Source: Planctomycetota bacterium
GTDB lineage: Bacteria > Planctomycetota > Phycisphaerae > Phycisphaerales > UBA1924
NCBI GenBank assembly: GCA_030950285.1
Contig: JAUZRR010000028.1
Coordinates: 28,064-92,063 of the forward strand
DNA length: 64,000 bases
Direction: 5' to 3'
Part shown: positions 38,052 through 48,303 of the stretch, in pieces
Numbering within the stretch: position 1 is the first letter of the stretch
Layout of the letters: each line of letters starts with the position of its first letter
Translations under genes and position numbers: made by a program
The notes under the pieces: generated by a model
Told to the model about the DNA's origin: nothing
What the model saw: only the letters and a program-made list of their open reading frames with translations
Database searches by the model: none

Positions 38052-39991
38052 CGTTCCTGACACCCCTCCCCGCGATCATCGCTGCGGCGGTGACGGTGCC
38101 GGCGGTGCTGGTGCTTTACTTTCTCAAGCTCCGTCGCCGCCCGGTGCGCGTGGGCAGCACGATGCTGTGGCGACAAGCAGCCGAGGACCTGCAAGCCAAC
38201 GTGCCCTTCCGGATGCTCAGGCCGTCGGTGCTGCTCTTTGTGCAGCTGGTGATTCTCGCGCTCTTGCTCCTGGCGCTCGCGCGGCCGGCGATTGATGTCG
38301 CGGGCGACATGCCGGGGCGTGTTTTCGTGCTCGTCGATCGCTCGGCTTCGATGCGCGCAGCGGACATGCCCGAGGGCCGAACACGGTTTGCCGAAGCGGT
38401 CCGGCTCGCGACCCGGGCGGTTGAACGGACCACCGCGGGCGGCGGGCGCAGCGAGATCACGCTGATCGCGTTCGCCGCCGAGCCGCAGATCATCGCCGGG
38501 CCGACCCGCGCCCGCAACGACCTGCTCCGTGCGCTCAAACAACTCACCCCCAACGATCAGCCCGGCGATCTCGCAGCGGCGCTGCGGCTGGTGCAGGCGC
38601 TCTCGACACCCGACGACGAGGCCGACACCGACCGCCCGCTGGTGGTGGTCTGTACCGACGGCTCGACCGAGCGGGAGCTGCCGGCGCTGGCTGCCGACCT
38701 GCGGTATCAACGGGCCGGCCCCGAAACCCCGGGCGAGAACCTGGGCATCGTGGCGATTGCCGCGCGGCGCGACCACGAAGTGCCGTCGCTCGTGCGTATC
38801 TTCGCGCGCATCCAAGGCACGCTGCCCGAAGCGTCGACGGTTTCGGTTGCCGCCTTGCTCAATGGTGAGGTTGTTGCCCGCCGCGCGCTTGATGTCGCGG
38901 CGACAGGCGAGGACGGCCCGAGCCAGACCCCGCTGGCGCTGGACATCAACGCCCCCGGCGAAGCGTTGCTGACGCTGCGGCTCGAGCGCGCGGATGCTTT
39001 CACCGCCGACGACAGCGCATCGGTGCTGCTCGGCGCACCGCGCCGCCCGGCGTTGCTGCTGGTGCGCCAGACCGAAGCCGAGGACGCGGGCACAGGGTGG
39101 CTGCTCACCGACGTGCTGCGCGAGCTTGACCTCTCGGCGCTGACGCTGATCTCGGCCGACCGGGTCGCGGCGCTCGGCCCTGACGCCTACGCGGGGGTTG
39201 ATCTTGCGATCTTTGACGACGCGCCCGCGCCGTTCATGCCTCCGGTGCCCTCGATCCATTTCGGCCACGCCGATTCGGTCGATGCGGTGCGCACCAGCGC
39301 CGGCCCGGGTCGGGTTTTGCCGATCCTTTCGTGGAAACGCGCCGACCCGCTCTTGCGCGATATCTCGCTGGACACGGTGCGCGTCGGGCAGGGCGCGGTG
39401 CTCGAAGCCACCGGCGACCGCGCCGGGTTTACCGAACTGGCAAGAACCGCTGCGGGGGTTGTGCTCGCGTCGGTCCGCGAGGGGGAGACCACGCGGGTGG
39501 TCTCGGGGTTCACGCTCGCACAATCGACGTGGCCGGTTGACTACAGCTTCCCGATCTTTCTGGCAAACGCGGTCGAGACGCTCTCGCGGTCGGGCGCACT
39601 GGCAGCCGGCTGGGCCGCGACAACGCGAGAGCCCGCCACACCTCCCGCCGCGATCGACTCGGGCGCAGTGTTGGTCGACCCCACGGGCGCGACCCGCCCC
39701 ACCGCCCGATCCGACCAGTCCCGCGGCCCAACCGCCCGGCTCGGGGTGCTCGAACTCGCGGGTGTCTGGCGGGCCGGAGACCTGGCGATCCCGGTCAACC
39801 TGGTGAACGATCGGGAGAGCTCGCTGGAATCGCCCGCGGCGCTCCCGCTGCCGGGCGGGGACAAGTCACGCGCAGCCGACGGCTCGGGCGCGGGCGAGCC
39901 CCGCGAGGTGTGGCCGTGGTTTGTGATCGCGGCCGCAGCGTTGCTGGGTGTCGAGTGGCTGCTCTTTGGGCTTCGGGCGAAGGTTTCGTAG
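38048..39991 (+). CDS. BatA-type N-terminal double-TM plus VWA domain protein
   Basis: GTG 38048 overlaps the rlmE stop (GTGA). The N-terminus is VTFLTPLPAIIAAAVTVPAVLVLYFLKLRRRP. The MIDAS motif is VFVLVDRSASM. A C-terminal TM is present. Confidence 0.7.
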   Translation: MTFLTPLPAIIAAAVTVPAVLVLYFLKLRRRPVRVGSTMLWRQAAEDLQANVPFRMLRPSVLLFVQLVILALLLLALARPAIDVAGDMPGRVFVLVDRSASMRAADMPEGRTRFAEAVRLATRAVERTTAGGGRSEITLIAFAAEPQIIAGPTRARNDLLRALKQLTPNDQPGDLAAALRLVQALSTPDDEADTDRPLVVVCTDGSTERELPALAADLRYQRAGPETPGENLGIVAIAARRDHEVPSLVRIFARIQGTLPEASTVSVAALLNGEVVARRALDVAATGEDGPSQTPLALDINAPGEALLTLRLERADAFTADDSASVLLGAPRRPALLLVRQTEAEDAGTGWLLTDVLRELDLSALTLISADRVAALGPDAYAGVDLAIFDDAPAPFMPPVPSIHFGHADSVDAVRTSAGPGRVLPILSWKRADPLLRDISLDTVRVGQGAVLEATGDRAGFTELARTAAGVVLASVREGETTRVVSGFTLAQSTWPVDYSFPIFLANAVETLSRSGALAAGWAATTREPATPPAAIDSGAVLVDPTGATRPTARSDQSRGPTARLGVLELAGVWRAGDLAIPVNLVNDRESSLESPAALPLPGGDKSRAADGSGAGEPREVWPWFVIAAAALLGVEWLLFGLRAKVS

Positions 39992-40035
39992 AGCGTTGTG
40001 CGTCTGTGTGGCGCTCCGCCTCGGTTGGGTGCGTT

Positions 40036-40119
40036 GTCCCCTCGCTTGCGCGAGGGGCTCTGTATCTCCATCTCCCGCGAACGGCGTGCCCATAGAGCCC
40101 CTCGCGCAAGCGAGGGGAC
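40036..40119. repeat. family-A inverted-repeat element, copy 3
   Basis: Perfect 26-bp arms with a 32-nt spacer. It lies between the convergent VWA gene and the lipoprotein gene. Confidence 0.9.
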
Positions 40120-40203
40120 AACGACGACCAAATAGCGCAGAGAATCACGAAGGATGCAACATATCTCCTCTCCTGTTCCCCTCTCCTGTTCCCCGTCAAC
40201 CTG

Positions 40204-42111
40204 TCACGACCCCGCAAGCCCGCTCCATGTCTTGAGATCGATCGCTGCCCGCGCAGGTTCGCGGTCCCAAGGCATGAGCCGGCGGGGCCAAGCGGTGCGA
40301 ACACCCCGAGGGTCGCGGCGGGCGATGCCGAGCCGCAGGACCTGACCCGGTTCGATCGCTTCAAGCGGGATCGGCACGCTGACCGACCACCGGTCGCCCT
40401 CGTCGGCCACCTCGAGCGTCGCCTCGCTGCCGGGCGTTCGATCGTCACGCAGCACCCCCGCCCGCGAGACCCGCAACACCGCAGCCGACCTCCCGCGCTG
40501 CCCGAACCACAGGCTCACCTCGTCGTCCGCACCCGGGTCGCGTCGGGTCGGGGTGATGGCGGGGCTGTCAACGACGGGGAGTTCGTCGCCGGGTTTGTCG
40601 TCGGGTTCGGTGCCGGGGGTCGGCGCGCTCAGGTTGTCGCGCGGTGCGGCGGTCGGCTCGGGTCCGGCGCACTCGACAAACACCGCCCACCCCGACTCGC
40701 TCGCCCCAGAGAGGTCGCGGTAGATGAGCACGGCTGCGGCGTGGGCCGCATCGGGCACTGCCCCTGCGCGCGGCTGGGACTGCGCCCAGGCGGTGAGCGT
40801 CCAGTCAAAGAGCAACGGGCCGCACCGCATCCCCGGCGGACGGATCGGGGTCATCTCCCGGGCCGCGATGGTCAGGCTTTGCGTTCCGGTGCGGACCGTA
40901 AAGCTGCGCCCGCCGGTAAACACACGCCCCGCGCTGACGGGGACCGAAACCTCCGCGACCTTCCCGGCTCCGAGCATCTCCGGATCGCCGACCCGCAGGT
41001 CGTCGGCGCCCGACGTCCAGATGAGCTGCGGCTCGTCCCCGAACCCCGCCGCACGGATGCGCACCAGAGGCTCGCTCGCGTCCCCGAGCAGCCCGGCAGC
41101 ATCGTCCTCGACCCAGACCGCGATTCTCGGCAACGCCTCGACCCAGACCTGCGCGCGCACCGCGAGCGCTGCGCCAGTGAGCCTGGGATCAAGCAGATCA
41201 GAGAGCAACGAATCCAACGCGGCAGCATCGGTCGGCCAGGCCGGGGCGTGCGTGCCGGAAGAAAGTTCGACGGTGCGCCCGAACGTCCGCAGCAACCGCG
41301 CACACGCGACCGCGTCGGCGTACCACAGCCGCGCGAGCCCGACGCGCCACCGGGCTTCGGTGAGTTCGGCCAGACGGTCGAGCACACCCGCGTTGCCTTT
41401 GACCTGCCAGAGCCCGGGCGTCGCGGCGGCGCGGCCGAGGCTCGTCGTGACCAGCCTCGCGTGCCAGAGTCGCAGCGGGCTGCGCCATTCGGGCGCGAGC
41501 AGCCGCGCGTCGGGCTGCGGTACGTCGCTGCCGATGGTCCAGGGCTCCCACCCGCTGCGCACGTTTGCCGGGCGGAGCGTGTCGGGGTCGGCGATCCAGT
41601 TGACGGGGACGCTCCGCCCGTTGAGCTTGAGTTCCTGCGCGCCCGAGTCGGCGGGGAGCGCGGCGACGATGTGCCACGCGCCGATCGAGGCGGGGATCGA
41701 GCTGTCGCCCGCAGCCGCTACGACCCAACGCTCGAACGCCGGCAGCCAGCCCGACCAATCTCTTCCGTCGGCCTCGACACCGATCCAGACCAGAGCCGCG
41801 CCGAGATCACGCCCGTCGGCGAGGGTGAGGCGAGGGTCGGCGTTGCCCGAGATCGGGCCATCGACCCGGACCTGCATGACCAGCGAACGGCCGGGGACCG
41901 CATCGACCCGGGCTTCGGTGGGCACGAGCTTGGGCTGGGTCGACCGGTCGAGCGAAACCCGCGGCGGGCGGACCGGGCCGCAGGAGGCGAGCCCGCCCAG
42001 CCCGCCGATCCCGAACCCGCTGCCGAGCATCAGCAGCAGGGCGCTGGCGTCCCGACGGCTAAGCGCCTGGCGCGGGGCGTGCCCGGGGTTGGGTGGGTGG
42101 TGAGGTGCCAT
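40204..42111 (-). CDS. hypothetical Tat-signal lipoprotein
   Basis: 635-aa ORF. The N-terminus ...LSRRDASALLLMLGSGFGIGGLGGLASCG has a twin-Arg plus a lipobox-like LASC. No family was recognised. Confidence 0.55.
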   Translation of the reverse strand: MAPHHPPNPGHAPRQALSRRDASALLLMLGSGFGIGGLGGLASCGPVRPPRVSLDRSTQPKLVPTEARVDAVPGRSLVMQVRVDGPISGNADPRLTLADGRDLGAALVWIGVEADGRDWSGWLPAFERWVVAAAGDSSIPASIGAWHIVAALPADSGAQELKLNGRSVPVNWIADPDTLRPANVRSGWEPWTIGSDVPQPDARLLAPEWRSPLRLWHARLVTTSLGRAAATPGLWQVKGNAGVLDRLAELTEARWRVGLARLWYADAVACARLLRTFGRTVELSSGTHAPAWPTDAAALDSLLSDLLDPRLTGAALAVRAQVWVEALPRIAVWVEDDAAGLLGDASEPLVRIRAAGFGDEPQLIWTSGADDLRVGDPEMLGAGKVAEVSVPVSAGRVFTGGRSFTVRTGTQSLTIAAREMTPIRPPGMRCGPLLFDWTLTAWAQSQPRAGAVPDAAHAAAVLIYRDLSGASESGWAVFVECAGPEPTAAPRDNLSAPTPGTEPDDKPGDELPVVDSPAITPTRRDPGADDEVSLWFGQRGRSAAVLRVSRAGVLRDDRTPGSEATLEVADEGDRWSVSVPIPLEAIEPGQVLRLGIARRDPRGVRTAWPRRLMPWDREPARAAIDLKTWSGLAGS

Positions 42112-42305
42112 GCTGCCATGACGATACCGCAGAACAGCCCGCCGGGGCTACACGATTGCGGGAGAGAGGTCACACTCTCGCCTTCCTGCGGGGTTTGCAG
42201 AGCTGTACCGGACGGCCAGGACCCGCCCGGGCCATCCGCCCGCTCGACCGCAACTGTTTGATCGCAACCTGACCGCACCCCGCCCACAACAAAGGAACGC
42301 ACCGC

Positions 42306-43017
42306 ATGTCACCACTGATCAAGGGATGTATCGCCGAATACATCGGCACGTTCGCGCTGGCGTTCTTTGACGCAGGGTCGATCCTGCTGACCGCCGAGAG
42401 CGCCGGGTCGGCCGGGAGCCTGATCACCGTCGCGCTCGCGCACGGGTTGACGCTCGCGGTCTTCATCACCGGGAGCATGTACATCTCGGGCGGGCAGCTC
42501 AACCCGGCGGTCTCGATCGGACTCATGACGATCGGCAAGCAATCGCCCAAGCGGACCGCCGCGTTTGTCGGTTCACAGCTCGCAGCCGGAGCGTGCGCCG
42601 CGGGGGATGCTCGTCTTTGTGTTCACCCCCGAGGTCGCCAACACCTGGCGCAGTGTCACCAAGACCGGAACCAACGTCGGCGCGACCATCGGCCGGTTCA
42701 CCCACGAGGGCAACATCGCCGGCATCCTCATCCTCGAAACCCTCCAGACCTTCGCCCTGATGTTCGTGATCCTCACCACCGCGGTTGACGCACGTTCGCA
42801 CAAGCTCGGCGGGTTCTGCATCCGGCTCACGGGCACCCTCTGCATCCTCGCGTTCGGCCCCATCACCGGGTCAAGCATGAACCCCGCCCGCACCTTCGGC
42901 CCGGCGCTCTACGGCCATTGGGACATGCACCGGGCGTACTGGGTCGGCCCGATCACCGGCGCGATCCTCGCGGCGGGGGTCTACAAGTTTGTCTGGGAAG
43001 ACAACAAAGCCGAGTGA
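42306..43017 (+). pseudogene. aquaporin/MIP channel interrupted by a +1 frameshift in a G5 run
   Basis: ORF 42306-42788 carries NPA box 1 (GGQLNPAVSIG). ORF 42565-43017 in the +1 frame carries NPA box 2 (GSSMNPARTFGPA). The join is at GCC GCG GGG (G) ATG CTC, positions 42602-42606. Confidence 0.75.
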
Positions 43018-43156
43018 TGCCCGAAAATCTGCGTTTCCGGGGGAATCCTGCACAGCGGAAGAGCGTACTCTCCTGTGGACAGATCGGCTGTGTGCCGATG
43101 TCAGAGACCAACGCGGCCGCGGCTGCACATCCGATTTTCAACGGAAGGAATATCCA

Positions 43157-44446
43157 GTGAAGGCACCGTTCAGCATCGTCGCGTTCGTTCTCACCGCCGG
43201 GGCGTCCTTCGCGCAGCAGGCCGACGAGAATGCCATCGAACGCATGTACGAACACTACCAGCAGCTCGAGGGGTGCTCGGTCAACTTCGGCGTGTCGGTC
43301 AAGACCGACGACCCGATGATGGCCGCGTTCGTCGATTCGATGAACCGCTCGTCGCCGGGGTATGTGTTCAAGCCCAACCGCTTCGCGTTCTGGGAAGGCG
43401 AGAAACCCGAGGACACGGGCATGCCGATGATGCCCACGCCGCTGATCTATTCCGATGGCTCGACGGTCACCAGCGCCGTGCCCTCGCTCGACGCCTACGC
43501 GACCGACGACGCGCCCGAGGACTTCGGCGTCCTGCTCGACGACATGACCGCGGGGTTGCGGCAGGGCTGGCAGATGGTGCCCGGGGGCAACTTTGTCCTC
43601 GCCCTCATGTCGCCCGATCCCAAAGCCGCGTTCGAGAGCCAACTCCAGGACATCACCTACGACGGGCTCGTCGGCGAGGGTGACACTGCCTACCACGCCT
43701 ACACCACCATGGACTTCGAAGACGGCACGAAGATGGAGATGCGGATCGCCGCGACGGGTGAGCCCTGGCTCGTCGGCTTCAAGCCCGACCTCACCGGCAG
43801 CGGCGCCCCCGAGGGCTTCGAGGTCCTGCTCGCGTTCGCGGACTGGACGCCGCTTACCGATGTGCCCGACGACGGAAAAATCACGATCGAGGACGGGTGG
43901 GAAGAGGTCGAGATGATCTCCGAGGCGATCATGCTCGCCATGCAGGGCGGCCCCGCCGGGATGGAAGCAGAGCCCGAGCCCGCCGCGATCGAGGTCGCCG
44001 GCGGGACGGCCGCCGAGGGCGACAACGCCCCGGTGTTCTCGCTTCCCCTGCTGCAGAGTGAAGGCGAGTTTTCACTCGCCGCCCACCGCGGCAAGGTTGT
44101 CGTGCTCGACTTCTGGGCGACCTGGTGCCCGCCGTGCGTCCGCGGCTTGCCCGTGGTCAGCAGCGTGACCGCGGACCTGGCCGACCGCGGCGTGGTCTTC
44201 GCAGCCGTCAACCTGATGGAAGACCCCGACACCGTCGCCAAGTTCATGAAGAAGAAGGACTGGGACTTTGCCGTCCCGCTCGACAGCGATGGCGCGATCG
44301 CCAACCAGTTCGGCGTCAGCGGCATCCCGCACTCGGTCATCATCGACAAAAAGGGCGTCATCCGGCACGTCCACGTCGGGTTCGGCAATGCGTCCGAAGC
44401 CGAGAAGAATCTGCGGGCGGAGCTGGAAGCGCTGATCGCGGAGTAA
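43157..44446 (+). CDS. secreted TlpA-like thiol:disulfide oxidoreductase with N-terminal domain of unknown function
   Basis: GTG 43157 follows GGAAGGAA. The signal peptide is VKAPFSIVAFVLTAGASFAQ. The C-terminal thioredoxin fold has VVLDFWATWCPPC. Confidence 0.7.
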   Translation: MKAPFSIVAFVLTAGASFAQQADENAIERMYEHYQQLEGCSVNFGVSVKTDDPMMAAFVDSMNRSSPGYVFKPNRFAFWEGEKPEDTGMPMMPTPLIYSDGSTVTSAVPSLDAYATDDAPEDFGVLLDDMTAGLRQGWQMVPGGNFVLALMSPDPKAAFESQLQDITYDGLVGEGDTAYHAYTTMDFEDGTKMEMRIAATGEPWLVGFKPDLTGSGAPEGFEVLLAFADWTPLTDVPDDGKITIEDGWEEVEMISEAIMLAMQGGPAGMEAEPEPAAIEVAGGTAAEGDNAPVFSLPLLQSEGEFSLAAHRGKVVVLDFWATWCPPCVRGLPVVSSVTADLADRGVVFAAVNLMEDPDTVAKFMKKKDWDFAVPLDSDGAIANQFGVSGIPHSVIIDKKGVIRHVHVGFGNASEAEKNLRAELEALIAE

Positions 44447-44479
44447 CTCTTCTCTTTTCATCTGTCGTCGCCAAGCGAG

Positions 44480-44505
44480 CCGGGGTGCTTTCACCCCGGT
44501 TTTTT
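44480..44505 (+). terminator. Rho-independent terminator after the TlpA-like gene
   Basis: Hairpin CCGGGGTG-CTTT-CACCCCGG followed by TTTTTT. Confidence 0.6.
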
Positions 44506-44524
44506 CGTGGTGCCCGCGACCAAC

Positions 44525-45586
44525 TCACCCCACCTCGACCGGCAGCGTCCCGGCGATATTCTCCACGAGCGTGTCCGTCGTCACGCCCTCGGCCTCGCCC
44601 TCGAAGTTCAGCATGATCCGGTGACGCAGCGCGGGCAGCGCGACCTCGCGGACGTCGTCCACGCTCGCCGCGGCACGACCGTCGAGCAACGCGCGGCACT
44701 TGCTGGCAAGCTCGAGCGCCTGGGCCGCGCGCGGCGACGCGCCGATCCGGACATACTCATTCACCAACGGCGTCGCAAACTCGCCGCCGCCGTAGCGGCT
44801 GTCTTTGGGATGGGTCGCCAGCACCAGCCGCACAGCATAATCCCGCACGTGCGGCGCGATCGCCACCCGGCGGACAAGCTGCTGGTACCGCTCGATCCGC
44901 TCGGCGTCGAGCACAGGATTGATCGTCGTGCGCGCACCGGTGGTCGTGCGTTCGAGAATCTCGGCAAGGTCTTCCCGCCCCGAATAGCCGACGGTGAGCT
45001 TGAAGAAGAACCGGTCGAGCTGGGCTTCAGGCAAGGGGTAGGTCCCCTCCTGCTCGATCGGGTTCTGGGTCGCCATCACGAAGAAGGGCGAGGGCAACAT
45101 GTGCGTCGTGCCCGCAGCCGTGACGCTGCGCTCCTGCATCGATTCGAGGAGTGCCGACTGGGTCTTGGGAGTTGCCCGGTTGATCTCGTCAGCCAGGACG
45201 ATCTGGGCAAAGATCGGCCCTTGCTGAAAGCGGAACTGCCGCTGGGTGCGGCCGTCCACCTCGGCCTCGTGGACGATGGTCGTGCCGGTGATGTCGGCGG
45301 GCATGAGGTCGGGGGTGAACTGCACGCGAGAGAACGAGAGGCTGAGCGCCTCGGCGAGCGTGCGGATGAGGAGTGTCTTGCCGATGCCGGGGACGCCTTC
45401 GAGCAGCGCGTGCCCCCCGGTAAAGAGGCAGGTCATCACGCCGTCGACGATCTCGCGGTGCCCCACGACGGCTTTGGCGATCTCGTCACCCAGCGCGGCG
45501 TAATCGGCCCGGAACGCCTCGGCCGCGGCCTGCATCTGCTCGGGGGTAGAGAATGGGTCGTCCTGATCGGGCATGCGATTCTCCAT
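44525..45586 (-). CDS. MoxR-family AAA+ ATPase
   Basis: Walker A motif LLEGVPGIGKT and Walker B VLADEINRA. The start is ATG 45586 (MENRMPDQDD). Confidence 0.85.
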   Translation of the reverse strand: MENRMPDQDDPFSTPEQMQAAAEAFRADYAALGDEIAKAVVGHREIVDGVMTCLFTGGHALLEGVPGIGKTLLIRTLAEALSLSFSRVQFTPDLMPADITGTTIVHEAEVDGRTQRQFRFQQGPIFAQIVLADEINRATPKTQSALLESMQERSVTAAGTTHMLPSPFFVMATQNPIEQEGTYPLPEAQLDRFFFKLTVGYSGREDLAEILERTTTGARTTINPVLDAERIERYQQLVRRVAIAPHVRDYAVRLVLATHPKDSRYGGGEFATPLVNEYVRIGASPRAAQALELASKCRALLDGRAAASVDDVREVALPALRHRIMLNFEGEAEGVTTDTLVENIAGTLPVEVG

Positions 45587-45900
45587 GCGGGCGGCGGCTG
45601 GGGTTTGGCGGGCAGCGTGGCCACCCAAGGCCGAGCGAGACGGATCGTAGCGATTCTGTGGAGTAAGGCCACGGCCAAAACCCTGACACAATGCCGCAGA
45701 ATCGTTTGATTCCGCGCGATCGGGGAATCCTCAGGGGTACTCCAAACGTACAACTATGCACAGGCCCCGAGCCAATCACGGGCGATGCGTGTACACGCAC
45801 CCCGCTTGTGCCGATGGGCTTGACGTGGGAAGATCAAGCTGAACATGACGCCCGCCACCACACGGGCGAGGCCCGCGATCGGCGGGCGAGGAGTCTGGGC

Positions 45901-47883
45901 ATGAAGAGCCGGCACGCGGACGTGTTGTTTGAATCTCTGGAAGGGCGGCAACTGCTGTCGTTCTCCTGGTCGAGCGACGAGGTGTACCTCGTCGAGTTGA
46001 TGAATCGTGCCCGGGCCGACCCCGCAGCCGAAGCGATACGCACAGGCGTTGATCTCACCGCCGACCTCACCAGCCGCGAGCTCGACAACCTCGTCCCCTC
46101 CGAGCCGCTCGCGCTCAACGGCCCGCTCACGCTCGCCTCTCGCCAGCACAGCTTTGACATGTACAACCGGGACTTCTTCGACCACGAAAACCCCGACGGC
46201 GACCGTGCCCAGCAACGGGCCGACGCCAACGGGTACGACGGGTCCGCGGGCGAGAATATCGCCGCCGGGTACGACAGCATTGACGAAGCGCACGTCGCGT
46301 GGCTCGAGTCGGTCGGCCACCGCAAAAACGTGCTCAGCCTCTGGGAGACCTTCTCAGAAACATTCCAGTATGATGAAATCGGCGTGGGGTTCTACTTCCC
46401 CGGGTCGTCGGGGTCCTCGACCTACAACTCCTACTACACCCAGACGTTCGGGTTCTCAGGCACCCCCCAAAGGACATACCTCCTCGGCGTTGTCTACGAC
46501 GACAACGACAACGACGACTTCTACTCGGTCGGAGAGGGACGCAACAACGTCCGCATCGACGTCACCGAGATGAACACCGGCGTCCTCGTCGGCACCTACA
46601 CCACCGAAGAGGCCGGCAACTACCAGATCGAGGTCGACGGCGGCGACTACTACCTCACCTTTGTGGACCTGACCACCGGTCTGGGACGGCGGGTCGCGGC
46701 GTCGGTCACCACCAACACCAACGTCAAAGTCGATGCCCTCGGCAGCCAGCTCATCGAACCACTCGCGCCCTCGGACAACATCGCGGCCAGCGGAGCCGCG
46801 ATCACCGGGTCCGCGGTCGCCAACGGCGAGATCACCATCACCACGCTCAACGACAGCGGGCGGCCCATCGCGTTCTTCCAGGACGACGGCACCTGGAACG
46901 TCGCCGACCTCGAGACCCTCGCCGGGACGCCGACGATCTCCGGGCAGATCCAGACCTTCACCGACCCCCGCGACGGGCTGACCTACGCCGCCGCGACCAG
47001 CGACGAGGGACTGCTGCTCTTCCAACGCTCCAGCGACGGCATCTGGACGTTCCGCAATCTCAACGAGGAACTCGATGCCGCGGGGCTGCTCGAAGGCGAC
47101 GTGACGGTGTTCATCAGCAAGGGAAACAAAGTCCACATCGCCGGGATCGACGCCAAGAACGACCTCCACCTCTTCAACCAGACCGGCGCGACCGGGGACA
47201 ACGGCGCGGTCTGGGTGTCAAGGAACCTTTCGGAAGTCGATCTCCGCATCGACGGCAAAGCGACGCCGCTGTTTGCCAGCCCGCTCACCAGTTTCGTCAC
47301 CCCATGGAACGCGATGAACATCGTCGGGCTCGACGCCGACGGCAACATCCAGGCGGTCTGGTACCACGCCAACCTCTCGACCTGGACCGTCAGCAACCTG
47401 AGCGAATCAACCGGGGCCCCGCCACTCACCGGCGGACTGACCGCCTACCTCACCAGTTGGAGCGCGATCAACCTGGTCGGGACCGACGCCGACGGCAACG
47501 TCAGCGTCACCTGGTGGGTGCCCAGCTTTGGCGCAAAGTGGGTCACCAGCAACCTGACCTCGTCCTTCAGCGGCCCGGAGCTCCGCGCGTCGAGCCTTGC
47601 CAGCTTTGTCACCACATGGGGCGCAACCAACATCGCCGGGATCGACGCCGACGGCAACCTCTCGGTCTACTGGTGGTCGCCCACCAGCAACAGGTGGCAG
47701 GTGACGACGCTCAGCGATGTCGTCGAGGGCGCGGTGCTGCCGGTCGGCAAACTCACCGGGCTGACCGTCAGCGCGACAGGCACGATCAACATCCTCGGCG
47801 CATCAGACACCGGCGAGGTGCTGCGCTACTGGTGGAGGCCGGGCGGCTCGTGGGAGCTGCAGAACCTCACCGACCTGACCTGA
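45901..47883 (+). CDS. CAP/SCP (YkwD-like) domain protein followed by tandem beta-propeller-like repeats
   Basis: N-terminus MKSRHADVLFESLEGRQLLS. CAP motifs are HSFDMYNRDFFDHENPDG, GENIAAGY and GHRKNVLS. C-terminal repeats of about 55 aa follow the pattern (W.A.NI.G.DADGN..V.WW......W.V..L). Confidence 0.7.
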   Translation: MKSRHADVLFESLEGRQLLSFSWSSDEVYLVELMNRARADPAAEAIRTGVDLTADLTSRELDNLVPSEPLALNGPLTLASRQHSFDMYNRDFFDHENPDGDRAQQRADANGYDGSAGENIAAGYDSIDEAHVAWLESVGHRKNVLSLWETFSETFQYDEIGVGFYFPGSSGSSTYNSYYTQTFGFSGTPQRTYLLGVVYDDNDNDDFYSVGEGRNNVRIDVTEMNTGVLVGTYTTEEAGNYQIEVDGGDYYLTFVDLTTGLGRRVAASVTTNTNVKVDALGSQLIEPLAPSDNIAASGAAITGSAVANGEITITTLNDSGRPIAFFQDDGTWNVADLETLAGTPTISGQIQTFTDPRDGLTYAAATSDEGLLLFQRSSDGIWTFRNLNEELDAAGLLEGDVTVFISKGNKVHIAGIDAKNDLHLFNQTGATGDNGAVWVSRNLSEVDLRIDGKATPLFASPLTSFVTPWNAMNIVGLDADGNIQAVWYHANLSTWTVSNLSESTGAPPLTGGLTAYLTSWSAINLVGTDADGNVSVTWWVPSFGAKWVTSNLTSSFSGPELRASSLASFVTTWGATNIAGIDADGNLSVYWWSPTSNRWQVTTLSDVVEGAVLPVGKLTGLTVSATGTINILGASDTGEVLRYWWRPGGSWELQNLTDLT

Positions 47884-48039
47884 TCCGCATCAGAAACTGC
47901 ACTCATGCGCCTTGCCGAGCCCGGGCGCGAGCACGGGTTCAGGACATACCTTCGGCATCCGTTCGTCGGTGAATCCGAGCTTGCGCTCGGGGCTCGTTGT
48001 GATCGCCGCAAACCTCTTACACACTCGCACAAGAAAGAA

Positions 48040-48077
48040 CACCAGCGTCGATTTCTCGACGCCGGTGTTCTCTTTCC
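48040..48077. terminator. 12-bp hairpin with T-rich flanks on both strands (candidate bidirectional terminator)
   Basis: Hairpin CACCAGCGTCGA-TTTC-TCGACGCCGGTG with one mismatch. TTCTCTTT follows on the + strand and TTCTTTCTT on the - strand. Confidence 0.45.
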
Positions 48078-48303
48078 AAGGTCAGAGGAGCACCCTGTCT
48101 CCCGCGGTTCTCGATCTTACATCAACGCCTGCGCCGCGAGCAGCCAAAGGCAAAGACCGTTCCCAGCAACGCAACAGACCCCGGTGCAGAAAGAGGAGCG
48201 ACCCTCTGGAGGATCGTGTTCCCGGCGGTCCCACACAGCGGGACCAGCTCGAGCATGTCGAGGTTGTCACCCTCCGCGACACCACGCAGAGAGCCCGTCA
48301 CGC

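Noticed and set aside
37601-39523. 640-aa minus-strand ORF antisense to rlmE and the VWA protein
   Set aside because: The translation is low-complexity and Arg/Gln/Pro-rich. The plus-strand genes have clear methyltransferase and MIDAS motifs and a GTGA coupling junction.
45975-45990. Palindrome CGAGGTGTACCTCG resembling the TetR operator half-sites
   Set aside because: It lies inside the CAP-domain coding sequence, and its spacing and arm sequence differ from the two promoter-proximal sites.
47890-48024. 44-codon minus-strand ORF (VCKRFAAITTSPERKLGFTDERMPKVCPEPVLAPGLGKAHECSF) with GC-rich third positions
   Set aside because: It is too short, has no SD or recognisable family, and starts immediately after a terminator-like hairpin. 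It cannot be supported from sequence alone.
48070-48175. SRP (4.5S) RNA-like words on the plus strand (AAGGTCAGAGGAGCACC ... GAGCAGCCAAAGGCA)
   Set aside because: The two words are about 65 nt apart rather than forming the short GNRA-capped domain IV hairpin, and I could not draw a closing helix. The resemblance is probably chance.
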